From contig OX597821.1 of NCBI GenBank assembly GCA_951406725.2, positions 73,718,001 to 73,782,000 on the forward strand: a stretch of 64,000 bases of DNA, given 5' to 3'. Under the pieces are notes generated by a model, which ran no database searches, was not told where the DNA came from, and saw only the letters and a list, made by a program, of their open reading frames with translations. This stretch comes from Octopus vulgaris. Taxonomy: Eukaryota. Shown here piece after piece: positions 13,301 through 26,809 of this stretch (position 1 is the stretch's first letter; the number at the start of each line of letters is the position of its first letter). The translations under genes were made by a program, and so were the position numbers.

Positions 13301-14235
13301 TTTGAGAGGCTGGCCAGGTGTTGTGGCAGCCATTTAATTGGTTTTGTGCCTAGAGATGAAAAGAATATATAACACCATAGACATAATGTGAAATAGATTG
13401 AGCTGCGAATCGAACCCAGGTTACTGTTTCAGTTCATTGCGTAATTCAATTGTTGCTTTGCAAATCTAACTACATTTTGGTATTATGGTGTTTCCTGAGT
13501 TGGTAGAAAATCACCAATTTGGTAATTGCACGACCCAACAAGGGAGGCCGCACGTGATTGTTTGACTTCCTGGAAATAGAAACCAAATCTTTCTCACATT
13601 ACACTTTACCTTCATAAATAAAGAACAATGAATGCAGTCCTACTGTTCCCTAAAAAGACGGGAGGATAACCGCTGGAATGTTTTTGATTATAAATGTTTT
13701 CTTGCTCATGCCTGGGGCTAAATAACAACGCCACCACTACCGCTACCACCACCAACGACAACAGCAACAGCCGTTCAAGAATTTGGACCTGGAGATCTCC
13801 ATTTCTAGCGACTTCGAGGACCACCTTCCAGTGGTGTCGGGCGTCAACAAAGAGCTCTCGACTACAACAAGACGACCAAAGTTTTTTTTCCAAGGTCTGG
13901 GGTCCCCCGCCCCTAAGCCCTAGACCATCATCTAATCACCCTTACCCGTCTTGTTGCTTAACAACAACATCAACAACAACGAAAATAACTTGCAATCATT
14001 TTACTAAAGCTGAAAGAAAGATAGTTGAACTTGGTTGGATGTGAACCTGCGTCCTAATATATCATAAATGCGGCAAAGTCTTTTGTCCGGCACACAACAT
14101 ATTCTAACAGCAGCTGATTTTATATTCTAACAAATAATATTGATTTATAACAAGATCATATATTTTCCAAGAAGTGAAATATGGACGATTAGAATTACAC
14201 CAGTATTTAACTGGTATTTCTCTTTTTTAACAAGA

Positions 14236-14470
14236 CGGCGAGCTGGCAGAACCGTTAGCGTGCCGGGCAAAATGCCTTGCGGTATTTCGTCTGCCGTTAC
14301 GTTCTGAGTTCAAATTCCGCCGAGGTCGACCTTGCCTTTCATCCTTTCGGGGTCGATAAATTAAGTACCAGTTACGCATTGGGGTCGATTTAATCGACTT
14401 AATCCGTTTGTCTGTCCTTGTTTGTCCCCTCTATGTTTAACCCCTTGTGGGTAGTAAAGAAATAGGTATT
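14236..14470 (+). mobile_element. SINE family A monomer
   Basis: Same head and body as 5947; ends at aaagaaataggtatttc. Confidence 0.92.
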
Positions 14471-15028
14471 TCTCTTTTTCAGTTTCTGAAGCATGAAAGA
14501 ATTTGATTTCAGAAAGATTTGAACTGAAGACATAAAACGACGCCACTAAATTAGCGCATGACGTTTTGTCTGGTGCTCAACCGATTTGTTAATCACTGCC
14601 CTTGGAATCCGATATGTAATAATGAGGCTTTCGACGTTTTTAATTGCTTCACTTCTTACAAAAAAAAAAAATCCTTTTGCAAATAATTTACCAAAGATAG
14701 GAAAAAGAACCACATCAAAGATTCTGCAATAATTTGTATTGGAAATAAATAAGAAAGAGAAGGAAAAAGGAAACAGCGAATAAAAGTTATGCATTGAGGG
14801 AGGATATTAGAAATATTTCAGAGAAATAAGTGGGGCGGGTGGAGTAGGGGTGGGGGGATAAAGCAAGGAAACATCACGAAGAAGACAAATAGTAAAGAAA
14901 ACACAAGTTTTAATCTTTTTACGGATGAAAAAATCGAATCCCAATTAGAAAGAATCGAGGGGAGGTGGAAGGATGGAAGAGTAAAGAGAAAGAAAGAGAA
15001 AGAAAGCGAAAAAGAAGAGAGAAGAAAC

Positions 15029-15059
<31 letters not shown>

Positions 15060-15793
15060 CAACAACAACAAAAACCCCGTTTCTGGCCGTCAGGTAATTT
15101 TTCAATCTTTTAATCCGTCTTCCAGTTAAGAAGCAACCCACTGATATGGAACATTTTGTTTTTGGATTTAATTTCACCGGAAATTGTCTTTAATCACATC
15201 CACTGTTATAACCATAGCATTTCTTTCACTTCACTAAACTGAGTTTTTCGCCTGTATAGCGAGGCAAATACGACAGTGTGTGTTATTGCTCTCGCATTCA
15301 ATACTCAACTCGAATCATAAACACAAATCGTTCACTCAACGCTTTCTCTTATGATATCATCATTGCAGAAAACTTTATATTTCATTGCCCAGCCCCAACC
15401 ATTTCACTCTTTAACATTCATTATTATATTTCTGGTGGATTTAAATCATTGAAATCTCTCACTTGCCCTGTATTTTTCATATGCCGACGGAAAGAAACAG
15501 AACCTCCATGCTTTTTAAGAAATGAGGTCTAATTGCTTTTAAAATAACACTTGGAAAGGAATAAGATATGTTCTTGACGGAATGTGGTACTATGGCACCA
15601 GCTTGTCTGAAATCCGGTCATCAGTGAGTCGGTGGTGCTAATAATGACAGTATTTTGTTTCTTATAAAACCGTTTCATTAATCAAAAAGATCACTAGTGT
15701 CAGTATTTTTGCAATGGTGTTAAAAGGAGAGTATACATAGACACACACGGCTGTAAAACAGAAAAATCAGGAAAACGAGAGTTCGTAATAGTT

Positions 15794-16158
15794 GTTCTAT
15801 AGTTTTGAGATGAGGGATTCTGTACATTATTTATATTGGACGGATATTTGTCCTCATCTTGTTTGTTGTTGCCACAACGTTTCGGCTGATTTACTCTCCA
15901 GCCTTCATCAGATGTCCTGGTAAAATTTTGCACCCAACCCTGGGTTCTTATTCCTAAAATATTTTTTTGCTGATGTTATTATTATTATTATTATTTATTC
16001 AATGCACTGCTTGGAATTGAACTCGCAATCTTGGGGTTAGTAGCCCGCGCTCTTAACTAGAATTGCCTTTATAATTGCCCACGGGCATATAGAGTAATGG
16101 TTAAGAGCGCGGGCTATTAACCCTAAGATTGTGAGTTCAATTCCAGGAAGTGCCTTGA

Positions 16159-16210
<52 letters not shown>

Positions 16211-16356
16211 GTAGTAAAAATATCTTAGGAATGAGAACTTAGGGTTGGGTTCAAAATTCTACCCAGGCACCCGATGAAGGCTGGAGAGTAAATCAGCCGA
16301 AATGTTGTTGTAACAATAAACAAAATGGGGACACATATCCGTCCAATGTAAATAAT
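15794..16356. mobile_element. Palindromic (head-to-head) dimer of tRNA-like + (AAT)n + hammerhead module, with 13-bp TSD
   Basis: Arms are reverse complements; gttcgtaatagtt is duplicated at 15781-15793 and 16357-16369; hammerheads at 15871-15916 (-, intact core) and 16266-16311 (+, CCGATGA/GAAAT variant). Confidence 0.85.
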
Positions 16357-16734
16357 GTTCGTAATAGTTCTTCATAAAGGAATATATATTCTGAAAGTTC
16401 AGATTCTAATGTCACAGATAAAAGAGAGGAGAAGCTGAATTGTCTTTTGGTGTAGTTCTCCATAAATAGGTAAGTAGATATTCGGAGAGTCCATAGAACC
16501 TCACAAAAAAGATTTTAAAAAATACGGGTAATCTCTTACAACTGATTGGGGCTCAGCCAGTTAGTATTGGGCCTCGTGTGCACGTATACTTGGAGCTGGA
16601 TGGTAGTTGGTGCATATATATGAAATAACACAAGTTTAAAATATATTACTACTCACCCCACCTCCAGGAGATGAACAGTCAAACTATAGCAGTTCTGTTT
16701 GTTGATGAGAAGGTCCTGGTTTAAAAGATGGATG

Positions 16735-17110
16735 GAAGCACTCCGTCGGTTACGACGATGAGGGTTCCGGTTGATCTGAATCAACGGAACAGCCTACTCG
16801 TGAAATTAACGTGTAAGTGGCTGAGCACTCCACAGACACGTGCACCCTTAACGTAGTTCTCAGGGATATTCAGCGTGACACAGAGAGTGACAAGGCCGGT
16901 CCCTTGAAATACAGGTACAACAGAAACAGGAAGTAAGAGTGGAGTGAGAGAAAGTTGAGGCGAAAGAGTACAACAGGGTCGCCACCACCCCCTGCCAGAG
17001 CCTCGTGGAGCTTTAGGTGTTTTCGCTCAATAAACACACACAACGCCCGGTCTGGGAATCGAAACCGCGATCCTCCGACCACGAGTCTGCTGCCCTAACC
17101 ACCGGGCCAT
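16735..17110 (-). mobile_element. tRNA-derived SINE family D
   Basis: Head tggttagggcagcagactcgtggtcggaggatcgcggtttcgattccc; 3' body taagggtgcacgtgtctgtggagtgctcagccac...gtaaccgacggagtgc is shared with 36637-37248. Confidence 0.85.
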
Positions 17111-17399
17111 TGGTTTAAAAGACAGGTTCACTCAATGCCATAAAACATCACACATGAATCACTCTGGAAATTCTGAAGAGAACCGTCTGTATTTGACATG
17201 ATTTTTGTTACAATGTATCTTCAGGAAAATGCAGAGATCAACAGCAGGAACTCTCCATTGCACATGTGGGTGGATTAAGGGCTTGTTTAGGATCTTTTCT
17301 GACAGTTGGGTTGCTCATCCAAATTCTTGAATCTCCTTCGTTAGTTCCACACAAGCTTGCCAACTTATTTCAGGGCTGAAATTTAAACGATTTAGTGTA

Positions 17400-18260
17400 A
17401 AAATAGGATCATAATGTACTGGCTCTTCTGCTCTTTAATATACTCCTCACCTGAATGCTACACACGAGCAAGACATTTTCATAACCTAAAGGCTGCAAAT
17501 CACCGCAAAACAAAGATCTGAACTGTTCACTGAGTTACGGTACATTGATGATTAAGTTCTCGTAGCGCTCTGTCCTAAAGATCTACAAGACATCGTCGAG
17601 GCAGCTGGTTTTATGCTTATAAATTTAACAGTTAACATCTAGAAACGTGAAGTCACTTATGAATGGCACACAACTCCACTTTCCTCACCATTCTTCTCAC
17701 TTTTCTTCTAAAAACAAAAACAAGAACAAGAACAACAACCAAACAAACCTCCCAATTCAGATATTTTGGCAGCATAATGCCGAATGACGACAGCGAATGA
17801 ATAGATTCCAAACTGTCGCGGAGCATCCCCCCTCAAAAAAGGGAGCCGAGGTTTTAATAACTATTACAGCCATTATTACAAACTCTTATCTACTGGACAG
17901 TCGGGGTTTCCAATCTCCTATATGGACACGAAGTATGGACCACACGCAGACGATACTCACGGCCTTTAATATTCAATATCTTCAGAAGTTCATTTCGAGA
18001 GATAGGATTGCTCATAGAATTTCTCCGTCACGGCAACTCCAGCAGCATCGCAACTTCATTGTACAGTCATTACCTGAACAAAATTCGGACATGTAGTGCA
18101 CATGTTTGACCCGCATCTCCTCACCCAGTATAATTATTTACAACCTACCACACCTTGTCATCAATTGATTGAAGAACAAAAGAAACTGTTCAAAGACCAC
18201 TTGAAGACTTCTTTGAAGTAGAGTAACATCGACCATCCAAAAGTGGAATATATTATAAGC
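17400..18260 (+). pseudogene. Decayed RTE/BovB-like LINE fragment
   Basis: ELRYIDD (~YADD), FRYFGS (~FKYLGS) and FKDHLKTSLK occur in the expected order. Confidence 0.55.
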
Positions 18261-18520
18261 AACAGTTCAGTTCTTTTTGACGTTCTCAGTGTTGAATACA
18301 GATTGAATGTAAGATATGGATTCACAGAATCATGTGGCTATCACAGAAAGCTCCTCTAGTGGACCCGGCTATCATACCACACAATAATCCAATACGGAAG
18401 AGTATGATGCAGAATTCTTTGCTGCTGATATCCTGGAGATCCGACCGATGGAATTATTTCATGACGAGTTTATAAACCATAAAACGCCAGGAGATGTGAG
18501 GACTGGATCTAGTTATTTAA

Positions 18521-18619
18521 CCGCTTGTCATTGTTAGGATTATGGCTGTTTTGCAGCCCTCATCATGCAGTAATAATTCCAGTGTTTAACAATTTTGTCA
18601 TCCTAACGATGACAAGTGG
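18521..18619. mobile_element. 99-bp piggyBac-type MITE
   Basis: TTAA on both sides (18517-18520, 18620-18623); 20-bp TIR ccgcttgtcattgttaggat vs ccacttgtcatcgttaggat (18/20). Confidence 0.7.
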
Positions 18620-18790
18620 TTAAAAATATATATTAACCTCTCAAGACCTACGGACATTTACGTAAGTAAAATTACGTAATATGTTAATAGTGAAACATGT
18701 ATGTGAATAATCCATATTTTTAATGCTTTTCGTCTTGCTCGATTACGTTTTGGTTGCTCGCTAAATTTTTCTTGAGAATATTTCTTAGTG

Positions 18791-18875
<85 letters not shown>

Positions 18876-19100
18876 CATATGAGAGGGTCAACCCTTATGC
18901 TAGAAGTAGATCCGCCATGGTCTTACCACTAAGAAATATTCTCAAGAAAAATTTAGCGAGCAGCCAAAACGTAATCGAGCAAGACGAAAAGCAATAAAAA
19001 TATGGATTATTCACATACATGTTTCACTATTAACATATTACGTAATTTTACTTACGTAAATGTCCGTAGGTCTTGAGAGGATAATATATTTTTTAACCAC
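18616..19100. repeat. Near-perfect ~177-bp inverted repeat around a (TA)n tract
   Basis: 18616-18792 is the reverse complement of 18925-19100, with only a handful of differences. Confidence 0.92.
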
Positions 19101-19121
19101 GTGCGTGCGTGTGTGTGTATA

Positions 19122-19424
19122 TAGTAATCTCGCGACTATCGCGGTTGTTACGTCCCAGTACCCCGGCGATAGGTTAAAATCCGCGAAGTAGGAACAGTAC
19201 TCTCTTTTTACTCTTTTACTTGTTTCAGTCATTTGACTGTGGCTATGATGGAGCACTGCCTTTAGTCGAGCAAATCGACCCCGGGACTTATTCCTTGTAA
19301 GCCTAGTACTTATTCTATCGGTCTCTTTTGCCGAACCGCTAAGTTACGGGGACGTAAACGCACCAGCATCGGATATCAAGCGATGTTGGGGGTGGGATGG
19401 ATAAACACAGACACACAAACATAT

Positions 19425-19503
<79 letters not shown>

Positions 19504-19800
19504 ACGGGCTTCTTTCAGTTTCCGTTTACCAAATCCACTCACAAGGCTTTGGTCAGCCCGAGGCTATAGTAGAGTACACTTGCCCAAGGTGCCACGCAGT
19601 GGGATTGAACCCGGAACCATGTGGTTGGTAAGCAAGCTACTTACCACACAGCCACTCCTATGCCTATGTATATATTTTTTATTACTTTTGTAATTTGCAT
19701 TTATTTATTTTATAAATGCAAAACAACACCACAGAGGAATCGACGTAAGTTTAAATAATAAACCGCGATAGGTGAACCGCGATATGGTGAGAGATTACTG
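19122..19800. mobile_element. Tigger/pogo-like MITE interrupted by a SINE B
   Basis: Ends tagtaatctcgcgactatcgcgg ... ccgcgatatggtgagagattactg are imperfect TIRs; repeated (c)gcgataggt motif inside. Confidence 0.6.
19201..19665 (-). mobile_element. SINE family B, full length, internal (TA)n expanded
   Basis: Both halves present, separated by (TA)n at ~19437-19500. Confidence 0.92.
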
Positions 19801-19834
19801 GCTATTTATGCGCGCTCGCATTTATTCGTATATA

Positions 19835-20030
19835 TCTTTTATCTTCACTTGTTTCTGTCATTAGACTGCGGCCATGCTGGAGCACTGCCTTGAGGAATTT
19901 CTGTCAAATCAATCGACCTTAGTACTTATTTGTTTTTGAGGCTGATACTTATTTTATCCGTCTCTTTTGCCGAATCGAGGATGTAAATACATCAACACCA
20001 GAGGTCAAGCTGTGGTGGAGGAACAAACAC
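19835..20030 (-). mobile_element. SINE family B, 3' half
   Basis: gactgcggccatgctggagcactgcc...tcttttgccgaa. Confidence 0.75.
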
Positions 20031-20044
20031 GCACACGTTATCTA

Positions 20045-21228
20045 TTGGTTTCAAATTTGAGCACAAGGCCAGCAAGTTCGGTGTTAAGTCGATTACATCG
20101 ACTCCATTGCTTGACTGGTAGATATTTTATCAACGTCAAAAGGATGATGGAAGGCAAAGTCGATCTTCGCAGAATTCAAACTCAGAACGGACGGAATACC
20201 GATAAGCATTCTTCCCGGAGTGCTAACGATTCTGTATGTTATATATTTATTTCTTCTTTGCCCACAGGGGGCTAAACATAGAGGGGACAAACAAGGACAA
20301 ACTAAGGGATTAAGTCGATCACATCGACCCCAATGCGTAACTGGTACTTATTTTATCGACACCGAGAGGATGAAAGGCATAGTCGACCTCGGCGTAATTT
20401 GAACTCAGAACTTAACGACAGACGCTAAGCATTTCGCCCGGCGTCCTAACGATTCTTATTTCTTTATTGCCCACAAGGAGCTAAGCATAGAGGGGACAAA
20501 CAAGGACAGACAAACGGATTCAGTCGATTACATCGACCCCAGTGCGTAACTGGTACTTAATTTATCGACCTCGACAGGATGAAAGGCAAAGTCGACCTCG
20601 GCGGAATTTGAACTCAGAACGTAGCGGCAGACGAAATGCCTATTTCTTTACTACCCACAAAGGGGTAAACACAGAGAGGACAAACACGGACAGACAAACG
20701 GATTAAGTCGATTATATCGACTCCAGTGCGTAACTGATACTTAATTTATCGACCCCGAAAGGATGAAAGGCAAAGTTGACCTCGGCGGAATTTGAACTCA
20801 GAACGTAGCGGCAGACGAAATGCCTATTTCTTTACTACCCACAAAGGGCTAAACATAGAGAGGACAAACACGGACAGACAAACGGATTAAGTCGATTATA
20901 TCGACTCCAGTGCGTAACTGGTACTTAATTTATCGACCCCGAAAGGATGAAAGGCAAAGTCGACCTCGGCAGAATTCGCAAAGACAGACGAAATACCTAT
21001 TTCTTTATTACCCACAAGGGGCTAAACATAGAGGGGACAAACAAGGACAGACATAGGTATTGAGTCAATTACATCGACCCCAGTGCATAATTGGTACTTA
21101 ATTTATCGACCCCGTAAGGATGAAATGCAAAGTCGACCTCGGCGGAATTTGAACTCAGAACATAAAGACAGACGAAATACCGCTACGCATTTCGCCCGGC
21201 GTGCTAACGTTTCTACCAGCTCGCCGCC
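20045..21228 (-). mobile_element. Stack of SINE family A copies, including a 4-unit concatemer (20460-21228)
   Basis: gacgaaat recurs at 20630, 20814, 20987 and 21171; head at 21228; two further, older copies at 20250-20455 and 20045-20235. Confidence 0.92.
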
Positions 21229-23119
21229 CTCTATCTATGTTTTATATTGAATTATCGTATTATTCATATTTTGTCCATATTCGTTTTCTTTAACTTGTTG
21301 AACGGTTCTTCGAGAGAAAGAATTACTTTGAATGAAATAGGAACAACAACTGGAAGAACAACAACAAAATTGCCCACAGCTTTTTAACAATAACAACAAA
21401 CAAAACAAAAATCAAACATAAGTAACAGGAAAATGATTTCTTAAACTTCTTTTTATGCAATAAAATCACGAAGGATTTATTTTGAACGAAATAAGAACAA
21501 AAAAAAATCACTAAAAAACCCTACCCAAACAGCAACAACAACAACAACAACAGCAATGAAACCTTTAAAGACAAGAAAACAATATAAAAAATAAGAAAAA
21601 TCATCCAACAAGAAATGACGAGAGAAAGTTAAAAAGAACACCCCCCTCCTACAACAGCAAAAAAAGGGGCCGCAAATAAAAGCCAAACAAAAGCCAAGCC
21701 AGAAACCACCTCCGCCGCCGCCGCCACCACACTCAGTCACTCACGTAATCTCTTTTAAATCTATAATATTTCTATTATAATAAGGAGTATTATCAAGTAG
21801 CAATTATTAATATAGTATGTGTGATAATGGCGTTTTTGTGTTTGATAGAGGCCAGAACCAGTAGTTTTGTTAGTTTACGGATTAACAATGGTTTCAACTA
21901 ACGTTACGACTAAATTATCATCACTCCTTCATATTCTAAGTAAATATTGCTCTTTTTCACAATGAGCTTTTTTTTTTTGTTTTGTCCATATCAACCTCTG
22001 CTTTTTTATGTTGCATTTGTTTTTGTTTCATTCATTCTTTCTTCTTTTTTTTATTTTGATTTTTTATTTCTATTTGTTTTACTTTTTCTTCTTTTTGTGT
22101 GTGTTCGTGTCTTTTGTATATTTAATCGTGGCGGCGCTGATTCATAAGTGAACGACAGGCTATGTACGTATATGTGGGCGATATTTATACATACACTAAC
22201 ACACACGTAATATATATATATATATATATATATGTTTACACACACACGCACATAAATATATACGCAAATATGCCTACACCTATATACATATGCATAGAAT
22301 AACATACATACACGCACATCTATCTGTGAGAACACGTATGTCACACAAGATTATATATATATATATGTGAGAGAGAGAGAGAGAGCGTGTATATAAACGA
22401 AACATGTTCAATGAAAGTGAGATTAGTGGAAAGAAAATGAAGTGAATGACTTCATTGAAGTAGCATTAAGTTACACAATCCTCTAAATAAATAATGCGCC
22501 ATTTATTTTATCTATTTATTTACTTATTTGTTTCTCTATTTATTTATCTATTTTATTCTGGTGAATAAATAATACGTTAGATACTGGCCTGTTAGTGGCC
22601 ACCGTTCGATCGACCGATAATAGATCGGCCGCTAGAATTCACAGCTATGCCGGTCGCTAAAGCGACCTCCTCACAATGCATGCTTTATTAAGGACGCATT
22701 CGAAGGGATTACGTTACAAAAAGTGGTTTTACATTTTAAAGAGATTTCAAAATAAGAAATCCATTGATTTTAGTAAACACATAATCATTGTAAAGCGAAC
22801 ATTTAAAAACAATGACACCGAAATCCATGACTGTTTTGTGGTTTATTTTGTTCGCTCAGATTTTAGTTTCGCAGGATTTTCAGCCTTTTCTTTGTTATTC
22901 AAAACATAAATATCTTTGCGGTGTCTTCTCGAACTTTCCTCAGATGGGGTTATTTATTTTACGTTAAATCAAAATATCAAATCATGAATTTGCATATTTA
23001 AAAATTTAAATGAACTTTCTAAATATTTTTCAAACCTAACGATGTGTGTTCGTATCCACGCAAAAATTGTTGACAGAATATCTTAGAGTAATTGGATCCC
23101 TTATCTTTGATCTATTATC

Positions 23120-23470
23120 TTTTGCTTGTTTCAGTCACTGGACTGCGGCCATGCTGGAGCACTGCTTTGACGAACGTTTAGTCGGATGAATCGATACTAC
23201 TACTTATTTTTTAAACATGTTCTTTTTTGCCGAACCGCAAAGTTATGGAGGTGTAAATACACCAACAACGGTTGTCAAGCGATAGTGGAAGCCAACACAC
23301 ACAGACATACATATATATATACGACGGGTTTCCTTCAGTTTCCGTCTACCTAATCCACTCACAAGGTTGTGGTCGGCTCGAGGCTATAGCAGGAGACATC
23401 TGCACAAGGTATCTGAACCCGGAATCATGTGGTTGGGAGGCAAGTTTCAGACAACCCGGCCATGCCAGTA
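23120..23470 (-). mobile_element. SINE family B (diverged)
   Basis: Both halves recognisable. Confidence 0.8.
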
Positions 23471-23774
23471 CCTAATTAAAGAAATGTTTTTGAGTCCTGA
23501 GATTCCTAAGGTCGGTCACTCGGTTGCCATGACATCATACAAGTGACCGAGACGCTGGACCGTTGCAGGAGACCAAGGCCAAAAATTTTGAGAGGAGGGG
23601 TAGGGCAATTACATTGAACTCAGTAATTAATGGGTACTTTATTTTACCAACCCAAAAGCAAAGTCGACCTAGGAAGCATTTGAACTCAGAACATAAAGAC
23701 CCTGAAGAAATGTCGCTAAGCATTTTGTCCGACGCGCCGATGATTCTGTTAGCATGCCGTACTCTCAACATACT

Positions 23775-24371
23775 CTCAACAATACGCTCTTAAATATGGT
23801 TTCTGATTACAAATATCTTGGGTCAAACATATCATCATCTGAAAAAGATTTTCTAACTAGAAGGGGTATGTACTGGTCAGCCTGTAATGATATGCATAAG
23901 ATCTGGTCATCAAATCTAAGTAGAGATTTCAAACTTAAAATCTTCAAAGCCACAGTCGAACCAGTTCTACTATAGGCTCAGAAACATGGACGTTATCAAA
24001 GAAGCTTGAGAGGTGGTTGGATGGAACTTACACTCGCCTCCTTATGAGAGCTCAAAATCTCTCGTGGAAGCGTCATCCAACCAAAGTACAAGTGTATGGA
24101 AAATTACCACCTGTATCATCTCTTGTGAAAGGTAGGAGAGTCCAGTTTGCTGGACATTGTTGTAGAGCTGAAAACGAGGCAATTTCTACTCTTCTCTGGA
24201 AGCCATCTGCTCGCGATACCAGAGGGCGCACACTCTCCTACCCTGATGTAATCTCCAGGGATACAGGCATCCAGCAACAGGACCTCCGTAATGCTATGAT
24301 GGACCGTGAAGTCTGGCGTAACATAGTAAATTCCATCGTCTTGACTTCGGTCGAACAATGATGATGATGAT
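23775..24371 (+). mobile_element. RTE-clade LINE 3' fragment with (ATG)n tail
   Basis: YKYLGS, KATVEPVLL/GSETWTL (frameshift), LDGTYTRLLMRAQNLSW, FAGHC, AMMDREVWR, then atgatgatgatga. Confidence 0.88.
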
Positions 24372-25789
24372 TGCCGTCCTTACAGAAATCAAATACGTTA
24401 TTGTAATTAAACTTTGTCCTTAGACGTCTATGGTTCAAGTCCTGTAATCAGCCACCTTTATCTTTCATAATTGAGGACCACAATGCAATCGGTTGTAATC
24501 ATTTCAAATACTTTTAATCGATTTAAATATAAATTCTACCCTGAATGTTGTTTTACTTAAAAAAAATTTTTTTTATAGATATTTGTGGTTTTGTGATGCT
24601 AGAAATCGATAGTTTCTGCTTGGTTAATGTCAATGTTTTAGGTTAAAAAAGTAAAAAAAAAAAAATCTAAATTTTTTTGTTTTGTTTTTGTTATTTTCAT
24701 GTTTGACAAATGATTGTCTCTGATCAACTTGTTTCATCGTTTATTTGTGACAAGAAAAAAAAAAAAAAAAAAAAGGAAAAACCCCGAAGCAATCGGACTT
24801 GTTAACCTGGAATTCGCGGATAATTTTTATTATCAATATGATTTAATTGTCTATAATTGCTCAATGTTAGTTCCATTAGTTTGAAAGACGCTCTTTTAAT
24901 TATTCATTTATGGATTATGAAAGTGTTTGCCAGTAAGGGCTCGGCATCGTGCGACGACACTGTGACAAAGAGTCATAAAAACGGCCGCCGGGAAAGAAAG
25001 GGAAAAGAAGAAAGAGGCAGAAAAGAAAAAAAGGCAACATCAGGCGGTGAAAGTGTGTGGTCAGAGAGAGAGAGAGAGAGAGAGAGGGGAGGGGGTGTTC
25101 GTTTGGGGCAGTCATAAAAACGATTGAATGATTCAAGCGATAAAGGATTGACGACATTATAGCTGTGTACATTATCAAATAAAATCACAAAGCTGTTAGA
25201 TAAATACCTCTGCAACCTATAGCAGCACCTACAGGCTGTAGATGTGACGTGTGTGTGTGTGTGTGTGTGGTCATATTATATGTATATGTGCATCTGCGTA
25301 TATGTATGTGTATATATTTGTTATTTTCTTATATATATGTGTGTGTATCTATATATCTATGTATATATATAATTATTTATACATAATATTCAATATTATA
25401 TTGTATTTCATGTATAGATAATTTATGATGGTTTAACAAACATTAGTTTACGGAGGATTTTAGACTTCTGTTGGCTTTTTGCGCATTCACGTACACACAA
25501 GAGGGAAAGAAGCATTGAGCATTATAGATGTGTGTGTGTTTATACATAGATATACCTCTCCCACCTACACACATACACACACACGCATATATATATATAT
25601 ATATATACACCCCTCCTATGTATGTGTGTATGTATGCATGCATATATATATGTGTGTGTGTGTGTTGTGTGTGTACATACATACACCCCCTCCTATGTAA
25701 GTGTGTATGTATGCATATATATATATATATATCTCAAAATAAGCAACAGGATAGCAAGATGTGATGCAGTACGACCGTTTCAAGCGGCT

Positions 25790-26230
25790 CCATTTAATTG
25801 AACAATGCAATCATTGCATCAATTTAAGTGCAGGTCTATCCTCAGCTGCATAAATAAATAAATAGAACTTTTTATTCAGTTGGGCACATTAATATAATTT
25901 TACTCAACTGCTCTAATTGAGCAAGAAGATGGAAAGAATGCATGTTGCTACTAATGTAGCTAAGAATATACCACACTTCTAAGAACTGTATGAAGTTTGT
26001 TGGGGTCTTAGCTGGTAAAGGATTGCGGTTAATTTTTAATTTAATAGATTTTTATTAACTACCAAATCTAAGACTATAGGACTGTGTTTGTTTAGAATGG
26101 AGGGCAGGGGTGAGTTGACAGCACATAGATGGGTATGGTTATAAATATTGTCAAGATTTTTTAGGATTAGTATAAAGTAACTGCGTATAAAGGAGGCTGG
26201 GTAGGGGAAGACCCCCAAATCAAGATGTTA
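25790..26230 (-). pseudogene. Possible heavily decayed Penelope-like fragment
   Basis: Weak remnants YPASFI, SVVY and RPAL in plausible order. Confidence 0.3.
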
Positions 26231-26384
26231 ATTACCTGTTAAAGGGGCAAGACGCTAATAAAACCTATGATGTTAATACAGAGGAAATTATCATAGGGTA
26301 CTATGGGTGACTGTTTATAAACAATATTGTTATGTTGTATAAAGATAAAATTTAAGATTATTAAAAATGATATTATAACCAAAA

Positions 26385-26456
<72 letters not shown>

Positions 26457-26623
26457 CATCCATCCATCCATCCATTCATCCAACCAACCAAATACATGTA
26501 TAGCGTTATAAAGGCGTGCGGCTCAGTAGATAGGAGGTTCAACTTACGGCCATAATATATATGAGTGAGTGAACAAAGGAAAGAACTGGACACCTAAAAA
26601 CATTTATAAGAAGCTACATGTAT

Positions 26624-26753
26624 TATTTAAATCAGCTTGATTCGGTTTCCGTGCTACTTCGCAGGCCCCTAACGGGAGCTGGACTCCTTCATGCTTCTTA
26701 GGGTCCTGCAAAACTTGAAGTAGCACAGAAACCGAATCAAACTGATTTAAATA
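26624..26753. repeat. 130-bp hairpin / small MITE
   Basis: 37-bp arms with 2 mismatches, plus inner stem gcaggccccta/tagggtcctgc. Confidence 0.8.
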
Positions 26754-26809
26754 TTAATAGTAATATTAATGGTTTCAAATTTTCCCACAATGGAAACCAT
26801 CTTAGGGAG

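Noticed and set aside
13694-14044. Protein-looking stretch (NLDLEISISSDFEDHLPVV)
   Set aside because: In-frame stop upstream, no good splice acceptor, no recognisable homology.
20460-21228. Regular repeats resembling a CRISPR array
   Set aside because: Units are contiguous 184-bp SINE bodies with no unique spacers and no cas genes; the context is eukaryotic.
22650-22668. ggtcgc-taaa-gcgacc hairpin as a Helitron 3' end
   Set aside because: No CTRR terminus at the expected distance, and no second copy in the window.
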